Part shown: piece after piece, positions 62,510 to 64,000 of the stretch
Layout: each line of letters starts with the position of its first letter
Numbering within the stretch: the stretch's first letter is position 1
From: Shigella phage ESh24
Sequence record: ON528734
DNA: 64,000 nt
Direction: 5' to 3' (one strand)
Translations under genes and position numbers: made by a program
Notes under the pieces: model-generated
What the model was told of the DNA's origin: nothing
Seen by the model: the letters and a program-made list of their open reading frames with translations, nothing else
Databases searched by the model: none

Positions 62510-62971
62510 ATGACTATCAACACAGAAGTTTTTATCCGTCGAAATAAGCTCCGTCGTCACTTTGAGTCGGAGTTTCGTCAAATTAACAATGAGATTCGTG
62601 AGGCATCAAAAGCAGCAGGAGTCTCATCGTTTCATCTAAAATATTCTCAACATCTTCTTGATCGTGCAATTCAACGGGAGATTGATGAGACATATGTTTT
62701 TGAATTATTCCATAAAATAAAAGACCATGTTTTAGAAGTTAATGAATTCCTGAGTATGCCTCCGCGTCCTGACATTGACGAGGATTTTATTGATGGGGTT
62801 GAATATCGTCCTGGACGTTTAGAAATCACAGATGGAAATCTTTGGCTTGGATTTACAGTTTGTAAACCTAACGAGAAGTTCAAAGACCCGTCACTTCAAT
62901 GTAGGATGGCAATTATCAACAGTCGTCGTTTACCAGGAAAGGCTTCTAAAGCAGTAATTAAAACTCAATGA
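62510..62971 (+). CDS. regB: RegB sequence-specific endoribonuclease
   Basis: 153 aa, MTINTEVFIRRNKLRRHFESEFRQINNEIRE...; own RBS contains GGAG. Confidence 0.92.
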   Translation: MTINTEVFIRRNKLRRHFESEFRQINNEIREASKAAGVSSFHLKYSQHLLDRAIQREIDETYVFELFHKIKDHVLEVNEFLSMPPRPDIDEDFIDGVEYRPGRLEITDGNLWLGFTVCKPNEKFKDPSLQCRMAIINSRRLPGKASKAVIKTQ

Positions 62972-62978
62972 GGTAAGC

Positions 62979-63524
62979 ATGAGAAAAGCACTACTCGCTG
63001 GTCTATTGGCCATTTCAATGATGGCACATAGCTCCGAGCATACTTTCAGTAATGTCCAACTCGATAACATGCGTTACGCGTATCAATTCGGGGAACAATT
63101 TTCTAAGGATGGAAAATATAAAACACACAAAAATATCCACAAGAGCGGATTAGGTCATATAATGGCTGCTATTTTATGGCAAGAAAGCTCTGGCGGAGTT
63201 AATTTAAAATCTAAACCAAAGCATCACGCCTACGGAATGTTCCAAAATTATTTGCCTACTATGCGAGCAAGAGTTAAGGAACTTGGTTATAATATGACCG
63301 ATGCTGAAATAAAAAGAATGTTGAATAAACGATCCAATTCAGCTTCCTGGGCGTACATTGAACTTTCTTATTGGTTAAATATACATAAGGGCGATATAAG
63401 AAAAGCAATATCCTCTTATAATTCGGGATGGAATGTTAAAGCTGGTTCTAAATATGCTTCTGAAGTCCTAGAAAAGGCTAATTACCTTAAAAATAATAAA
63501 CTTTTGGAAATAGTAAATGACTAA
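62979..63524 (+). CDS. vs.1: secreted protein with lytic-transglycosylase-like motif (vs.1 position)
   Basis: 181 aa; N-terminal signal peptide MRKALLAGLLAISMMAHS; WQESSGG motif. Confidence 0.6.
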   Translation: MRKALLAGLLAISMMAHSSEHTFSNVQLDNMRYAYQFGEQFSKDGKYKTHKNIHKSGLGHIMAAILWQESSGGVNLKSKPKHHAYGMFQNYLPTMRARVKELGYNMTDAEIKRMLNKRSNSASWAYIELSYWLNIHKGDIRKAISSYNSGWNVKAGSKYASEVLEKANYLKNNKLLEIVND

Positions 63525-63864
63525 AATTTTGGTTTTATGTATAGGATTAATTTCATTTTCTGCTTCTGCATCAGCAGATACATCATATACTGAAATTAGA
63601 GAATATGTAAACCGCACTGCGGCAGATTATTGTGGGAAAAATAAAGCATGCCAAGCTGAATTTGCACAGAAATTAATATATGCATATAAAGATGGAGAAA
63701 GAGATAAATCAAGCAGATACAAAAACGATACATTATTAAAACGATATGCTAAAAAGTGGAATACCTTAGAATGTTCAGTTGCGGAGGAGAAAGATAAAGC
63801 CGCTTGTCATTCAATGGTTGACCGTTTGGTAGATTCTTATAATCGAGGATTGAGTACTAGATGA
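63517..63864 (+). CDS. vs: secreted Cys-containing small protein (vs position)
   Basis: 115 aa; signal peptide; four Cys; located after regB and vs.1. Confidence 0.55.
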   Translation: MTKILVLCIGLISFSASASADTSYTEIREYVNRTAADYCGKNKACQAEFAQKLIYAYKDGERDKSSRYKNDTLLKRYAKKWNTLECSVAEEKDKAACHSMVDRLVDSYNRGLSTR

Positions 63865-64000
63865 TTGTAAAATATATCAAGGGCGATATTGTCGCCCTAT
63901 TTCTTCAAGGTAATATTATTGCGCACGGGTGCAATTGTTTTCATACAATGGGCAGTGGTGTAGCTGGTCAATTAGCAAGAGCCTATCCCAAAATTTTAGA
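63861..64000 (+). CDS. partial ORF (3' end outside window), possible macro-domain-like N-terminus
   Basis: ATGA overlap with the upstream stop; MIVKYIKGDIVALFLQGNIIAHGCNCFHTMGSGVAGQLARAYPKIL loosely resembles the macro-domain N..GxGV.G motif. Confidence 0.4.
   Translation, partial: MIVKYIKGDIVALFLQGNIIAHGCNCFHTMGSGVAGQLARAYPKIL

Overview
This window is a T4-like (Tevenvirinae) myovirus genome segment, read in reverse relative to the conventional T4 map. Gene order and protein lengths match T4 almost one-for-one; names below are assigned from recalled T4 lengths, order and motifs, not from a database search. Layout: an Alt paralog and alt (+); baseplate hub genes 54-48-29-28-27-51 (-); 26, 25, uvsY (+); uvsW (-); inh, hoc, 24.3, 24.2, rnlB (+); then a long minus-strand late block 24-23-22-21-68-67-20-19-18-17-16-15-14-13-wac-12-11-10-9-8-7-6-5.4-5-53; then plus-strand 4, 2, 3, 1, 57A, 57B, internal-protein (IP) genes, a nine-tRNA cluster split by a GIY-YIG (segB-like) gene, small e.x-type ORFs, nudE, e (lysozyme), two more IP genes, a vs-region operon, regB, vs.1 and vs. 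The core is conventional. The accessory content worth a second look is: an HNH endonuclease wedged between genes 13 and 14; four IP-like genes sharing a capsid-targeting leader; a GrcA-like gene whose 3' half has host-like codon usage; a P-loop NTPase pair where I recall T4 carrying denV; a paralogous array of small membrane proteins; inverted repeats bracketing the -10 of early promoters; and a candidate structured RNA region after the tRNAs. No CRISPR array, integrase or transposase is visible.
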